A stretch of 64,000 bases of DNA from Octopus vulgaris (taxonomy: Eukaryota), in assembly GCA_951406725.2 (NCBI GenBank), contig OX597820.1:88722001-88786000 (forward strand), in the 5' to 3' direction. The notes beneath the pieces are model-generated. The model saw only the letters and a list, made by a program, of their open reading frames with translations, did not search any database and was not told where the DNA came from. This document shows, in pieces, positions 1 through 13,426 of this stretch; the first letter of the stretch is position 1; each line of letters opens with the position of its first letter. Position numbers and translations under genes: made by a program.

Positions 1-112
1 TTTTCTTCACCAGATAATTATTTAGAATTCGATTTTTGATACACACTACATCATGTATAATAACCTGAATTTAGCTATTGCTTCATATGCAGAGTAATTA
101 ACCTCAATGATA

Positions 113-164
<52 letters not shown>

Positions 165-232
165 TGCAGTATATTATTTTTTTAAACTCATACTCATGTA
201 CGATATCTACATGAGCAGAAATGTGAAAATAT

Positions 233-453
233 ACGACGGGATGCTGAAAAAGTTCTTGGCTTTAAGGCTATCGTGGAAGGCGTAGTTAGAAGCTCAATAT
301 TCCGAATTCTTTTACAAGGATCAGAAAAATTAAAGGCCCGCTGCAATAAGAGTGTGAATTTGAGCTGGGAATATGTTGAATAAAATCATAATTAACTGAT
401 CCTCTTGTATCTTTTTTTTAGCTCAAAGCCAGGAACTTTCCTGCAAACCCTTG
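233..453 (+). mobile_element. Mariner-derived MITE (TIRs plus transposase C-terminal remnant)
   Basis: Starts TA-CGACGGGATGCTGAAAAAGTTCTTGGCTTT and ends AAAGCCAGGAACTTTCCTGCAAACCCTTG-TA. The interior reads like a mariner C-terminus (EKLKARCNKSVNLSWEYVE*). A second copy lies at 22124-22342. Confidence 0.75.
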
Positions 454-1872
454 TATTTAACGATTCTCTTATCACTACTTCAGCAACTGCGACGAAGCCT
501 GTCTCATTGAAGAGGTTTAATAAGACCGAAGCATGTCTGTGATTATGTCCCACGCTTGCCGAATTAACTGTAATAATATTTGTCATTGAGTTAGTTATGT
601 ATTTTTTCATTGCTTAATTATTTCAAATTAGATGTTCGATGTTTTCCATTAATTATGTTAACAATGGCAATAACAATAGCGAACACTTTGCTTCCTAATT
701 CTAATCTAATTTTCCCTGTTACAGACAAACACTGCCCAAGCGTTCTTAGTGGTTTCATGTTTAAAGCTGAAGAAAGATAAATGACAGCAAGGACTACAAT
801 GAAATTTATTTTACGTAAGAGTTTACGTTGGCACGAAGAGCAGAATCCTTGATACTTGCAGCCGTTAAAGAACATTAAAATCGAGTTATATGCAGCTGAT
901 GTTCCTCTTCGACAATCAACTATTGAAGTCTGCAAGAAAAGCATAGAAAGAAGGTAATTCAAGAAAAACTTAGAAAGAATATAATTCAAGAAAAACATAT
1001 ATAGGGGATAATTCTAAAACCATAGAAAGGGGATGTTCTGTTTAAGGAATGGGCTTGCCTACCTATGCATGTGAAGACTAGATCCCACGAACTCTGCAGA
1101 AGAAACCTCATGGTTTAACGAAAGGTAAGGCGACTCCTGTGGAGTGCAGAGAGTATGATGAAGCAAGTAGGATATCTTGATATCTGCAGCTGTCTCCCTT
1201 TCCAGACGTCTTACCACTAGAATAAAAGATGGTCACCGATGAGAGAGTGAAGCTGATGGTGCGCAACTCTTCTTCACTTTAAAGAAAGTCACCGCGCAAG
1301 TCATCAGTCATCCTAAAATGACTAGATGGTCCTCGTCACACCGACGGACGAACATGATAAGGAAAGGGCACAGTTGTTAATCTGGACATAATACAGAGAA
1401 CTAAAAAAAGCAGAGACGAATCACTTAAGAGTGCTGAGTTGTAGCGGTACAACTGACTAATTCTGGGAAACAAAGTCTGCTATAGTGTGGTAAAAGCACA
1501 GAGGGAAAAGACAACGTGCTTATGAGGAAGAGGCTGGAGCTTCTCGATGATTGATTTTCATGCTAATCAGTCAGCTGGACTTTTCTACATATAGTCTAAA
1601 AAGTCTGCGGGCTCAGGCGCGTGTGTATAGCAGCAGCTCCGTCCCACATATGGAGACAGAAGTCCACTGATCTTACTTGAACGAATTTGAAACAAACAGT
1701 GTTTTCCCGAACTTAACATTCTAAGAAATTACTGCGAGATATCACTGAGACAAAAATAAAATAATGCCTCTCATATTTTGGAAAAAGTCCAGAATATGCT
1801 ATATATGTGTGTGTGTGCGTGTGCGTGTGTGTATACATGCATACACATACACACATATACATATACACACAT

Positions 1873-1930
<58 letters not shown>

Positions 1931-2668
1931 GCAAACATATGCGCATGCATACGTACAAATGTATGCATGTATAGATATACACATGTCTACTTAAATATAC
2001 GCGCAAATATATACGCACGAATATATGTATATACATACATACATGCGTGTGGAAGTGTAGTGTAGTATATTTATAACCAGCTTCAATATGTTTCCTAATC
2101 TGTTTCCTGTATGCTTTTTTTTTGTGTGTATGTTTTTGGAACATTATACACATGTAATGGCACCGTTTTGTAATGTTGTGTACTTTCTTCATTACATAAA
2201 TAATATGTACATCCAGATGTATTTTTACGAGAGAATTGAGTACACGCCTAATCTATATATACATATTGTGTGTGCGTGCGTGCTTGTGTGTGTGTGTGTA
2301 ACACACAGGTACTTAGATCGACACGAACAACTTCTGAAAGTCACAGTATATCGCTTCTGCATTACCTGTTAACCCCACAAGCGTCGAAGTGTACCTGTGG
2401 CTCAAATCTACGTACAAGAGGTTGATATGAGTAACACTATGAGAGTGGGAAAGGAGCTGGAATACTTCGGAAGGTATTTCCAAATGAATGATGAAGGATA
2501 CACACAATGAGAGGCCACACAGATGGAAAGTTGTATGCATGTCTGCAGAAGATCATGTACGGATATGTAAGCAGAAAGCTTCAAGGTTACAGAGGCATAG
2601 TTTGCCAAATTAATCTTTGTTGCTTTGCCTCACATCATTTTACCTTAGAAAAAAATAAATAATATTTT

Positions 2669-3063
2669 GGCACAAGCTTAGCTGTGTGGTAAGAACTTGC
2701 TTCCTAACCACATGGTTTCAGGTTCAGTCTCATTGCGTGGAACCTTGGGTAAGTGTCTTTTAGTATAGCTTCGAGCTGACCAAAGACCCGGAGCTATAGT
2801 TGATGATTAGCGTGTATTAGACAATGGATTTGGTAGACGGAAACTGAAAGAAGTCCATCGTATATGTTTGTGTGTGTGTTTAACCCTCACCACCACTTGA
2901 CAACCGCTGCTGGTGTGTTTACTTCCCCAAGAGACCAACAGAATAAGTACCAGTCCTAAAATATAAGTACTGGGTTCAATTCATTCAATTGAAAAATTCT
3001 CCAAGGCGGTGCCCCAGCATGGCCGCAGTCTAATGACTGAAACGAGTAGAAGATAAACGATAA
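2669..3063 (+). mobile_element. SINE family A (tRNA head, CORE-like box, internal microsatellite), diverged copy
   Basis: GCTGTGTGGTAAG...GGTTCAGTC head, CCTTGGGTAAGTGTCTT box, and 3' CCAGCATGGCCGCAGTC-AATGACTGAAAC tail shared with other copies. Confidence 0.8.
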
Positions 3064-3330
3064 CAGTTATTCTTCAGTTTCCCGCACATAGGAAAAATAT
3101 GAGACGGTCACGATTGGAATGATTTTGGTCACTGGACTGCTCGTTCAGAGCTGACCTCGTGTTAAACAACAACAATGCAACGTGAGTTTCTACTTTGTCG
3201 CTTTATTTACCTACCAGCTCACAACCTTTCCTTCTTTGAAGCACAAGGATTTGATTTGAGGGAGAGGTTTATTCCTTATTTTTAGCAGTGATAATGACCA
3301 CTTAGTGGCATCATCTGGTAATTAATTACA

Positions 3331-3403
3331 GTATCCGTGGCCCAATGGATAAGGCACCGGCCTCCTAAGCCGAGGATTGCGGGTTCGAGTCCCGTCGGAG
3401 GTA
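3331..3403 (+). tRNA. tRNA-Arg, anticodon CCT (possibly a variant or pseudogene)
   Basis: 73-nt cloverleaf: GTATCCG TGGCCCAATGGATAAGGCA CCGGC CT-CCT-AA GCCGA GGATT GCGGG TTCGAGT CCCGT CGGAGGT A. A and B boxes are intact and TTTT lies about 10 nt downstream. There is one A.G mismatch in the acceptor stem and a C.A at the top of the anticodon stem. Confidence 0.85.
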
Positions 3404-3417
3404 TATGAAATATTTTA

Positions 3418-3815
3418 GGCACAGGAGTGGCTGTGTGGTAAGTAGCTTGCTTACCAACCACATGGTTCCGGGTTCAGTCCCACTGCGTGGCACCTTGGGC
3501 AAGTGTCTTCTACGATAGCCTCGGGCCGACCAAAGCCTTATGAGTGGATTTGGTAGACGGGAACTGAAAGAAGACCGTCGTATATATGTATATGTATATA
3601 TATATGTGTGTTTGTGTGTCTGTGTTTGTCCCCCCCAACATTGCTTGACAACCGATGCTGGTGTGTTTACGTCCCAGTAACTTAGCGGTTCGGCAAAACA
3701 GACCGATAGAATAAGTACTAGGCTTACAAAGAATAAATCCTGGGGTCGATTTGCTCGACTAAAGGCGGTGCTCCAGTATGGCCGCAGTCAAATGACTGAA
3801 ACAAAAGAGTAAAAA
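3418..3815 (+). mobile_element. SINE family A, full-length young copy
   Basis: Head GGCACAGGAGTGGCTGTGTGGTAAG, CORE-like CCTTGGGCAAGTGTCTT, internal (TA)/(TG) tract, tail AATGACTGAAAC-AAAAGAGTAAAA. Closely similar to 43453-43865 and 48381-48811. Confidence 0.9.
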
Positions 3816-3830
3816 TCTATAGTGTTTCAT

Positions 3831-4603
3831 CAACTGATTCTCAACTAGGATTCATACAACCCTTGAGGGTCTATAAAATATTTTATTGTGAAAATTTATG
3901 TACAATTGGTTATACTTCCATAATACACAAAATTTTTATAAAATCCCTGACAATATTTAATAATAAAAGTATAGGGTGTCCCAGAATGAACTATCTATTT
4001 CAGTGAAATCGGAATTTTTTTTTAAAACTACTCACTTTTATCTGTTTAACATGTTTAATATGTGTTAAAAGTATATGGATTTTTATTTTTGTATATAATT
4101 ATATAATTTTTATATATTTTTTCATAATTTTATTTTAATTCCTGTTGGCTCCCATTTATCTGCCCACAACAGCTTTTTTCCAATTTGGCTGCAATCATTT
4201 TCTCTACCTCCAACCTAAGAATGGATAAATTTTTTAGCTGAACTTAAAGTACACAGTCAGTTAGCAGTGCAGGGGATTACTACTGAAATGCTTCAAAATG
4301 TGTTTCTCAACGCTAGGGATAGATTTGAAATTTGCAGGGATACTGACAGAGCACATATTGAAAATATTCGCTAAAGTTTTGACGTAAGATTTATAAATCT
4401 ATTAGTTTTGGTATCATAATTAAGTAATAAGCGTAAAACTCTGTCAGTTTTTCATTTTAATTGCCCGATTTCATTGAAATAGTTAATTTTGGAACATTCT
4501 TATAACAGGATTTTTTTAAAACATTAAATGGCTACGAGGGTTCACCCGAGTAAAATAGGAATCAAAGGGGTCCACATATAAAAAGAATGGTTGAGAACCA
4601 CTG
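3831..4603. mobile_element. hAT/Charlie-type MITE interrupted by a Tc1-like element
   Basis: Termini CAACTGATTCTCAAC ... GTTGAGAACCACTG resemble the Charlie-type CAGTGGTTCTCAAC TIR. Confidence 0.55.
3972..4501 (+). mobile_element. Tc1/mariner-superfamily internally deleted element
   Basis: TIR pair TAGGGTGTCCCAGAATGAACTAT..TTTCAGTGAAATCGG and CCGATTTCATTGAAATAGTTAATTTTGGAACATTCT. C-terminal remnant GITTEMLQNVFLNARDRFEICRDTDRAHIE. Confidence 0.6.
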
Positions 4604-5415
4604 AATAGGATGTATAAAGTTAAAAGCCAGTCTTAGCCAGAATATCTGGTTCTTATGTCAGGGTTCATTCTAGAAATACAACGGTTTCTTGACTGAGTTA
4701 ATGAGGGAACTTGAACGCGGGCGCTCGATCTGTTCAAGATAGCAGCCAAATCTTGAAATATCACCCGAAAAGAGAAAAAACATATTGGCTAAGGACGTTC
4801 TTCATATACAAAAACGATCCAACTTGATTGCAAGATGATCGCGGCAGTATCATCTTGTGATCATGGATCTTGTGATATAGAGCTGATAGCAGGAATAAGG
4901 ACTCTGCGTTTGTTGTGGAGACTTTGAGTATAAGTCTATACATGATGAGGGCTAACTTTAGGTTAAACAACAAGCCCCTAACAGTAACAATATCTATTTC
5001 AATTTAGGTTTTTAGGTCGATACAGTGGACAAATAACTATATAAAGGATGTGTTTAACACAGACACAATATGTCGTATAATCTGTGAGAGAGCTTCTACG
5101 TGGTTGCTCGATTTGCTAGAAATAGCAGTATGATTCTCTTTCATATACCATATTACATTCTAAGAAAAAAGGTTACATTGTATGATGTAGTTCTCTGGTG
5201 AAAAAAATAAGATAGCCATTCTTGAATGTGTTTTGTCTGCTCGACTAAAAGTAATCTGGGACTAGCTAGAGGTTTCAGAATATGGCAAAAGGTCAGCAAT
5301 TCGCTTAATTTTATATGCTACGAACTGCTTTTGCTTCAATGTCTATATTCACAGGTATGAATAATTCCTGTCTTTGAGTTCTTTGCCACAGTTAGAGCGG
5401 TGAGAGGATATCCTC

Positions 5416-5851
<436 letters not shown>

Positions 5852-6304
5852 TACACACACAGAAGACAAGCTTTCATGTTTCGCAGCCAAACCCACTCAC
5901 ACGGTTTTGGTTGGCTCCAGGCTACAGTAGAAAATACTTACCCAAGTGGCGACGCTGTGGGACTGAATCCGGAACCATGTGGTTGCGAAGGTAACGTCTT
6001 ACCATACATCTACGCCTCACATCGTCGAAACTCCGAAGTCCCAGTCAACAACATTGTTGTATAAGAATAACAAATTTGTACTATACGAATGTATAAAGTA
6101 ACCTATCAGATTAATGTGAAACTGTTTTTATTTTTAATTGAACGTAAAAACAAACATTGCACTTAAATTAGATTGAATTAAATAAAATTAAATGTCCTTG
6201 TCATGTCTTGTCTAATTGTTTGCCTTTCCTCACTACTTTAACCTACACTTATATATATATATATATATATATGTGTGTATGTATATGTATATATATATAT
6301 ATAA

Positions 6305-6359
<55 letters not shown>

Positions 6360-6402
6360 TACGTACACACACACATATATATATATATACATATACATTC
6401 AA

Positions 6403-6462
<60 letters not shown>

Positions 6463-7416
6463 GTACATACTTACATACGTACCTATGTATATATATATAT
6501 TCGCCTACGCGCACTCTTCAACATAAGCACTTTATAACAATACCTCCTTATATCGTAGTCCATAATACACACATGCACACGCACACACACACACACGCAC
6601 AAACACACGTACACAGTGTTAACGAGTGCCAGTTAGTTAGCCAGTCAAAAATATCGAGAATCAGTATCTTCTAGAGTGTCCACTTCCATTTTTTTTTTTA
6701 AGTGAGCAACCTGAAAACAGCTGTTTTTATTTTCTCTTTTTCATACTTCATTATAATGATAGTTTTAATAAAACAGAACAATTTCAACAACAACGATAGC
6801 AACAACAATAAAAAAAAAACAGTATCTTGTAATGCTTTATTTAATAATCAATTAATTTGAATGCGTCTCCGTCTTTAATTAATTTTAATAAGATAAACGT
6901 AAAATTCCTTTTCGTGTTGAGTTGAAATTCTCCCATGGGAGAATCGTGATAAGGCGAGAGATCTCTATTTGCGTTTAATTAATTTTTTTTAATTATATTT
7001 TAAATTAGACTGTGGTAGAATGGTAAAACACATAACCCTTTTTTTAAATAATTTTTTTTAAAAATAATTTTGCCTGATTTGGTGTCAGGAATGGCAATTT
7101 GAATCAGATTGTAGGATTAACACGTTTTCTCATTTACCTTGTTCAGGTTTTACATGTTTGATATCGTCTGTCAAGCTTCGAACTAGATGTCCAACGGCAT
7201 TTATTTTAGTTGTTGCCATCGCTATTTATTCTATATGTGTTTTTTGTCGAACCGCTAAGTTACGGGGACTTAAACACACCGACACTGGTTGTCAAGTGGT
7301 GGGACACACACACACACAGGCACGCACACACGCACACACACATACACACACACACATACATACATACATACATACATGCATGCATACATACATACATACA
7401 TACATACATACAAACA

Positions 7417-7447
<31 letters not shown>

Positions 7448-7462
7448 GCAAAACCACTAGCA

Positions 7463-7883
7463 TGTTGGCAGAACCGTTAGCAAGCTGGGCAAACTGCTTA
7501 GCGTCATTTCGTCCGTCTTGACGTTCAAATTCCGCTGAGGTCAACTTTGCCTTTCATCCCACCGGGGTCAATAAAATACGTATCAATTGTGCACTGGGGT
7601 CGATGTAATTGACTACATACCCTCCTCCAACATTTCTGGCCTTGTATCAAAATTTGAAATCATTAAAGGCAGTTAGCTGGCAGAATCGTTAGCACGCCGG
7701 GCGAAATGCTTAGCGGGATTTCGTCTACCGTTACGTTCTGAGTTCAAATTCCACCGAGGCCGACTTCGCCTTTCATCCTTTCGGGGTCGATAAATTAAGT
7801 ACCAGTTACGCACTGGGGTCGATGTAATCGACTTAATCGCCTTGTCTGTCCTTGTTTGTCCCCTCTATGTTTAGCCCCTTGTG
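7463..7883 (+). mobile_element. Two tandem SINE family B copies (Deu/Nin-domain-like core)
   Basis: Head GAGCTGGCAGAA-CGTTAGC..GAGTTCAAATTCC; core GAGGTCGACTTTGCCTTTCATCCTTTCGGGGTCGATAAATTAAGTACCAG. Confidence 0.85.
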
Positions 7884-9211
7884 GAGCAGGCAAGAACATC
7901 CTTCTTGATCAAGCCTATCTTCGACGTTTTGCCTTCACCGGCCAATTTAGTCCGATGGAACATACAAACAACTGATGAATGTAGATGCAGAGAGAAAACG
8001 ACAGTGAGACACGTTCTGTCAAACTGCAGGCTAGCACTTGACAGATATACATGGCGTCACAATCAAGTAATCGGTGTCATAAACGCAGCACTAAAGGAGA
8101 AGATCGAGGGATATAATAGGGGAGAGTACCCAAAAGTGGAAAAGCGCGGAAGGATATACTTCCAGATGGATGGAAAAGGACATAAGACTAGGCCTACAAA
8201 AAATGTATACGAGACAGACGAGAGATGAAAGGGATACTGGGAGCTGGTTGCGGATTTGGAAAGATTGTTAATATTTCTACTCATAAAAACTACAAAAAGA
8301 CCGGACTTAATCCTATGAAACACAGAATGAAAAAAATGGAATTTTGTTAGAACTGATAATGCCATGGGAAGAGAACATCGCTAATGCAGAGCAACGGAAG
8401 GAGAGGAGGTATGAGAGATTAATCGAAGAGTGCGGGGAACAGGGGTGGACTGTCGAGTATTACCACCCGGCAGCGAGGGCTAGAGGTTTCATTGAAAGGA
8501 AAATGGTGATATTATTTAAAAGAAGGTTTGCATTTTCAAGCTCAGAGCTGAGAAAACTAACAAGGAGGATATACAGGAGGCAGTCGACAAAGCCAGCTTC
8601 TATATAAGGCTGGAACGAGAGACCCAAAATGGTTCGAATGCAATATGCCAACTGTGAAATAACGTCACAAGGTGAGGCTGGCTGGCACTTAAACAGCGTT
8701 GCTGCTTGACAGGTGGACCAAGGGAACCATCTCGTTCATTGCGCACCTCCCTCTCCGATAGTTCGACGGCTTGTACCACAAGACGGCTAACCGGCTCTGG
8801 CTGCTGGAGCTGAAACTAACGCGACTCAGTTGGAAGGCAGGTCTAAAGAGAGCACGGGCCAGAACTACGCGCCTTTCCCCTCTATTGGTCCGTTGAAGCC
8901 TAGATTGTGTCACGTGACAGCTGGCGCTGGCTGCTGGAGCCTACCAGTAAGTATGTAAAGGGAAATTTGCCAGGGTGGCCATTCTCCATTCGCCCGCTGA
9001 TATTCGTTGCATCGAAGAAACCAAAGAGCAAAAAGCAAAAGAACAAAGGAAAAACATACTCAACAACAGCGCTGAAGACACCCCCGGAGGGCGGAGGCGG
9101 TAGAAGAGTAAGGGCCAAAACCGAACGTGGTTTCTTTTGATGATGTCCTTAGCCACTGGATATTACAAAGGAGCTGTTGAGGTAGCGAACCACGAAACGT
9201 GGTTGAAATTC

Positions 9212-9213
<2 letters not shown>
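7884..9213 (+). mobile_element. 5'-truncated RLE-type non-LTR retrotransposon (HERO-like): decayed C-terminus and putative 3' UTR ending at (CA)n
   Basis: SFLIKPIFDVLPSPANLVRW..CRC..HVLSNC..RYTWRHNQV (zinc knuckle), then RPDLIL..LELIMPWEE..ERKERRY..EC..GW..RGF (restriction-like endonuclease). Contains stops and frameshifts. The 3' boundary is uncertain. Confidence 0.8.
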
Positions 9214-9263
<50 letters not shown>

Positions 9264-9322
9264 AAACACACACACATACGAACACACACACATACATATA
9301 TGAATATGTACGTATGCTTGTA

Positions 9323-9615
9323 TGCATGGCCTAGTGGTTAGAGTGTTGTACCCACAATCTACCGATCGTGATTTCATTTCCTAGAGCAGGTGGCGCGCTA
9401 TGCCCTTGAGCAAAACACTTCATCTCACGTTGTTCTGCAATTATTTCGACACCTGACACGTGGTACACCTTGCACCTGTTCAGACAACGTTGATTTGTTG
9501 GAGGACATGAACTAATGTGCAGCACAAACATTTAATCACTATAAACAAATCGTTTTGTGCAGGTCGTTCGGCAAAAGCTGAACCTTCCTACGTTGTGTTC
9601 AACGGGTGAGTCCAT
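9323..9615 (+). mobile_element. Diverged tRNA-derived CORE-type SINE
   Basis: A box TGGCCTAGTGGTTAGAG and CORE-like CCCTTGAGCAAAACACTT. Confidence 0.6.
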
Positions 9616-9640
9616 TATATCATATCATATATAGTTTAGT

Positions 9641-10020
9641 GGAGGCGCAATGGCCCAGTGGTTAGGGCAGCGGACTCGCGGTCATAGGATCGCGGTTTCG
9701 ATTCCCAGACCGGGCGTTGTGAGTGTTTATTGAGCGAAAACACCTAAAGCTCCACGAGGCTCCGGCAGGGGATGGTGGTGATCCCTGCTGTACTCTTTCG
9801 CCACAACTTTCTCTCACTCTTACTTCCTGTTTCTGTTGTACCTGTATTTCAAAGGGCCGGCCTTGTCACTCTCTGTGTCACGCTGAATATCCCCGAGAAC
9901 TACGTTAAGGGTACACGTGTCTGTGGAGTGCTCAGCCACTTACACGTTAATTTCACGAGCAGGCTGTTCCGTTGATTCGGATCAACCGGAACCCTCGTCG
10001 TCGTAACCGACGGAGTGCTT
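9641..10020 (+). mobile_element. SINE family C (tRNA-Arg-like head), full length with 16-bp TSD
   Basis: Head GGAGGCGCAATGGCCCAGTGGTTAGGGCAGCGGACTCGCGG. TSD TATCATATATAGTTTA at 9623-9638 and 10024-10039. Near-identical copy at 36263-36640. Confidence 0.9.
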
Positions 10021-10445
10021 CTCTATCATATATAGTTTACTTACGGTAAGATTTAAGAAAAAAGTATTCCATCTGGTAAAAGATAAATATTGTTTAGTGC
10101 ACACACTGTATAGTTATGCGCTACAAATAGTTTCACACAATGAAGATATTATCATGGCTAGCGTCTCCAAGTAATGTCACGCACACACGTGCACATACGT
10201 AAATGCGCGTGGCTTAATAGTTAGGATGCTGCACTCATGATTGTAAGATTGTGGTTTCAATTCCTAGACAGGAGGAAGCGTTGTATTCTTAACCAAAATA
10301 CTTCTTTTCACGTCCTTCCAATCTAGTCATTTGGCAAAAATGAGTAATCCTGTGACAGACCAGTGTCCCGTCCAGACGTGGGGTGGAGAGAGAATATATA
10401 CGCCTCACAACCGCATGGCTCGGGAAGGGTTTTGATCCTTATTTG

Positions 10446-10506
<61 letters not shown>

Positions 10507-10508
<2 letters not shown>

Positions 10509-10832
10509 AGCACTCCGTCGGTTGCAACGGCGAGGATCCCAGCTGATACGATCACCAGAACAGCTTGCCTGTGAAATTAACGTGTGAGTGGCTGAGTACT
10601 CCCCAAACACGTGTACCCATAACGTAGTTCGGGGGGGGGGAATCCGCGTGACACAGCGTGTGACAAGGCTGGCCCCTTTGAAATACAGGTAATACTCATT
10701 TTGCCAGCTGAGTGGACTGGAGCAACGTGAAATAAAGTGTCTTGCTGAAGGACACAACGCGCCGCCGGGAATTGAATTCACGACCTTACGATCATGAGCC
10801 GAATGCCCCTAACCACTAAACCACGCGCCTTC
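10507..10832 (-). mobile_element. SINE with CORE-like body and family C-type 3' tail
   Basis: Reverse-strand tRNA head (GCGCGTGGTTTAGTGGTTAGGG) and tail ...CCGACGGAGTGCT shared with family C. Confidence 0.75.
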
Positions 10833-10954
10833 ACATATGCATATATGATCACAAACAATATTATATAGGGTGTTTTTTGTTTGTAGATATCATTATACAT
10901 ATAAAAAGATCGGTACATATATGTATGTATGTATGTAATATATATGTGTGTATA

Positions 10955-10998
<44 letters not shown>

Positions 10999-10999
10999 A

Positions 11000-11038
<39 letters not shown>

Positions 11039-11101
11039 TGTAAGTAAGTATATATATATATATATGTATATATGTATGCATGTATGTATGTATGTATGTA
11101 A

Positions 11102-11138
<37 letters not shown>

Positions 11139-11199
11139 CATACATAATTTATCACTTGGTGAATTAACAAAACTTTATACATGCACACACACACATACA

Positions 11200-11251
<52 letters not shown>

Positions 11252-11624
11252 CATACGTATACGCACGCACGCACATACATATACCCGTATGCATATATGC
11301 ATAAATATGATAAATATCCAATATTCGCTATCTCTTTGTAACGACAACAGATTGTGGGTAAGTTCAGATGTTTTCACTCTACTATCTGTGAATATTGTAA
11401 ATCTCTCAGGTAGAATCCAGTTTTGCCGGACCAGATAACGTCAATCTGCATAACAAAGAAAGCATTATCATATCTTGAAACAAATGTATTGTGTAAAAGG
11501 CAACATGTTTTGTCTATCTGACAAGCTCAGCTAATCTGCGTGTTTGTCGGCGCTGGCTCGATGGCGTGTGCGGTGGTTTTATGTATGGATACAGGTGTAC
11601 GTGTGTGCGTTTGTGCGTGTGTGT

Positions 11625-11673
<49 letters not shown>

Positions 11674-11960
11674 GTGAGTGTTATGTATGAGAAGGAGATA
11701 GAGAGAATGTGTCGTACTGTTTCTACCGCAACTGGTATGTGTGTGTCGTTCGTGATGGTGAGTGTGTGTGTGCACGTGTGTGTATTTGTGTGTCTGTGTG
11801 TGTCTATATACATGTTTGTGCGTGTGTAGATGAAGACCTCCATCTGTTCGAGATGAATATATACAACATTCATACACACGCACATACAGATGTATACACA
11901 AATTCACACGCATACATATACATAGATAGTTATACGTACTGAAGTTTATAGGTATACACA

Positions 11961-12046
<86 letters not shown>

Positions 12047-12064
12047 TACATACATACATACATA

Positions 12065-12228
12065 GGTGCAGGACTGGCTGTGTGGTAAGTTGCTTGCTTA
12101 CCGGCCACATGGTTCCGGGTTCAGTCTCACTGCGTGGCTCCTTGCGCAAGTGTCTTCTACTATAGCCTCACCAGCCAAAGCCTTGTAAATGGATTCGGTA
12201 GATGGAAACTGAAAGAAGCACGTCGTAT

Positions 12229-12266
<38 letters not shown>

Positions 12267-12492
12267 TGTGTGTATGTTTGTGGGTCTGTATTTCTGCCTC
12301 CCGCCCCAACATTGCTTGACAACCGATGTTGGCGTGCTTACGTCTCCGTAACTTAGCGGTTCGGTCAAAGAGACTGATAAAATAAGTACCAGGCTTTTAA
12401 AGAATAAGAACCGGGGTCGATTTGCTCGACTAAAGGTGGTTCTCCAGCATGGCCGCAGTCAAATGACTGAAACAAATAAAAGAATAAAAGAA
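12065..12492 (+). mobile_element. SINE family A, full length
   Basis: Matches the family A head, body and tail. Confidence 0.85.
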
Positions 12493-12539
12493 TGTATGTG
12501 TGTGTGTGTGTATGTATGTGTGTGTGTGTGTGCGTGTGT

Positions 12540-13360
12540 GTGTTGAGTCAAAAGTGTTGCAATATTATGGTAACATATTTGTTTTATTGGTTGTTACAAC
12601 AAAATCAACCTAGCATACAATGTAGAGGCCATCGTATTGCACCATTGGAATCCACCTTTCTGCCAGTTCTTTGATCCCACACTGATACCAGTTTTTCTCC
12701 TCCGGAGCCAAGTTGCGAACGCAGGAAATGACTCATGGATCGCAACAAGTAACAATGCGAGAGAGAGCTAGGTCTAGACTATATTTGTTCGATTCCCTCA
12801 AGTTCCTGCAGTTTATTCCCGGTTTTTCGAGCGGTATGAGGTCTTGTGTTGTCTTGCTTTAAAGAGCTCGTTTTCAATTAACCAATGCTGGGTATTTTTG
12901 CCGCACAATGGCATACATCCATTCCAGTTGCTCGGAGGACAGGTTGACATCAATGGTTCGACTGTCCGGAACGAACTCGCAGTGAATTTTTCCCTCATAA
13001 TTCCGCCAGAGCATCACCTTGTGTTTGAAGCGCCCATGTTTGGCAACAGGTTCTGGCAGTTGGCCCTTGCTTAACCACTGCTTATGCAAGTTAGGCTTGC
13101 AGAGAACTATCACCCTTTTACTATTACATGCTTTGAGCAATAACTTACTTCTTGCGATCGTGACGTTTCATCAACCAAGAGGAGGTGGAAGAAGTTCTTC
13201 GCCTCGTAGGACAGAATTGGTATTAACGTGGAATCAAAGAACTGGCAGATGGTGCAACATGATGGCCTCCACTTTGAATGCTAGCCTGCTTTTGATATAA
13301 CTTAGTGAATAAAGCAAATAACTTTCCAAAATATTGCAAAACTTTTGACTCAACGCGACA
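12540..13360 (-). mobile_element. Internally deleted mariner element with both TIRs
   Basis: TIRs TTGAGTCAAAAGTGTTGCAATATT (12543) and AATATTGCAAAACTTTTGACTCAA (13330-13353). Minus-strand remnants KVMLW..EGKIHCEFVP..TID..EQL, QDNTRPHTA and GIKELAERW are typical of mariner transposase. Confidence 0.8.
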
Positions 13361-13369
13361 TATATTTAC

Positions 13370-13426
<57 letters not shown>

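Noticed and set aside
231-240. TACGACGGG shared between the mariner MITE end and the SINE A microsatellite border
   Set aside because: The match is only about 10 bp and compatible with chance.
725-954. Candidate exon with a good acceptor and a GTAATT donor
   Set aside because: All three frames contain stops. A non-coding or terminal exon cannot be supported from sequence alone.
1020-1720. More GC-rich block resembling a decayed retroelement
   Set aside because: I recognised no motif, so it is left unannotated.
9135-9205. TGATGA...GAAAC hammerhead-like motif in the HERO 3' region
   Set aside because: It lacks C3 and the stems do not close.
9641-9715. tRNA genes at SINE heads (also 36263, 40076, 44826)
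   Set aside because: They run directly into multi-copy SINE bodies, some with TSDs, and do not form proper cloverleaves.
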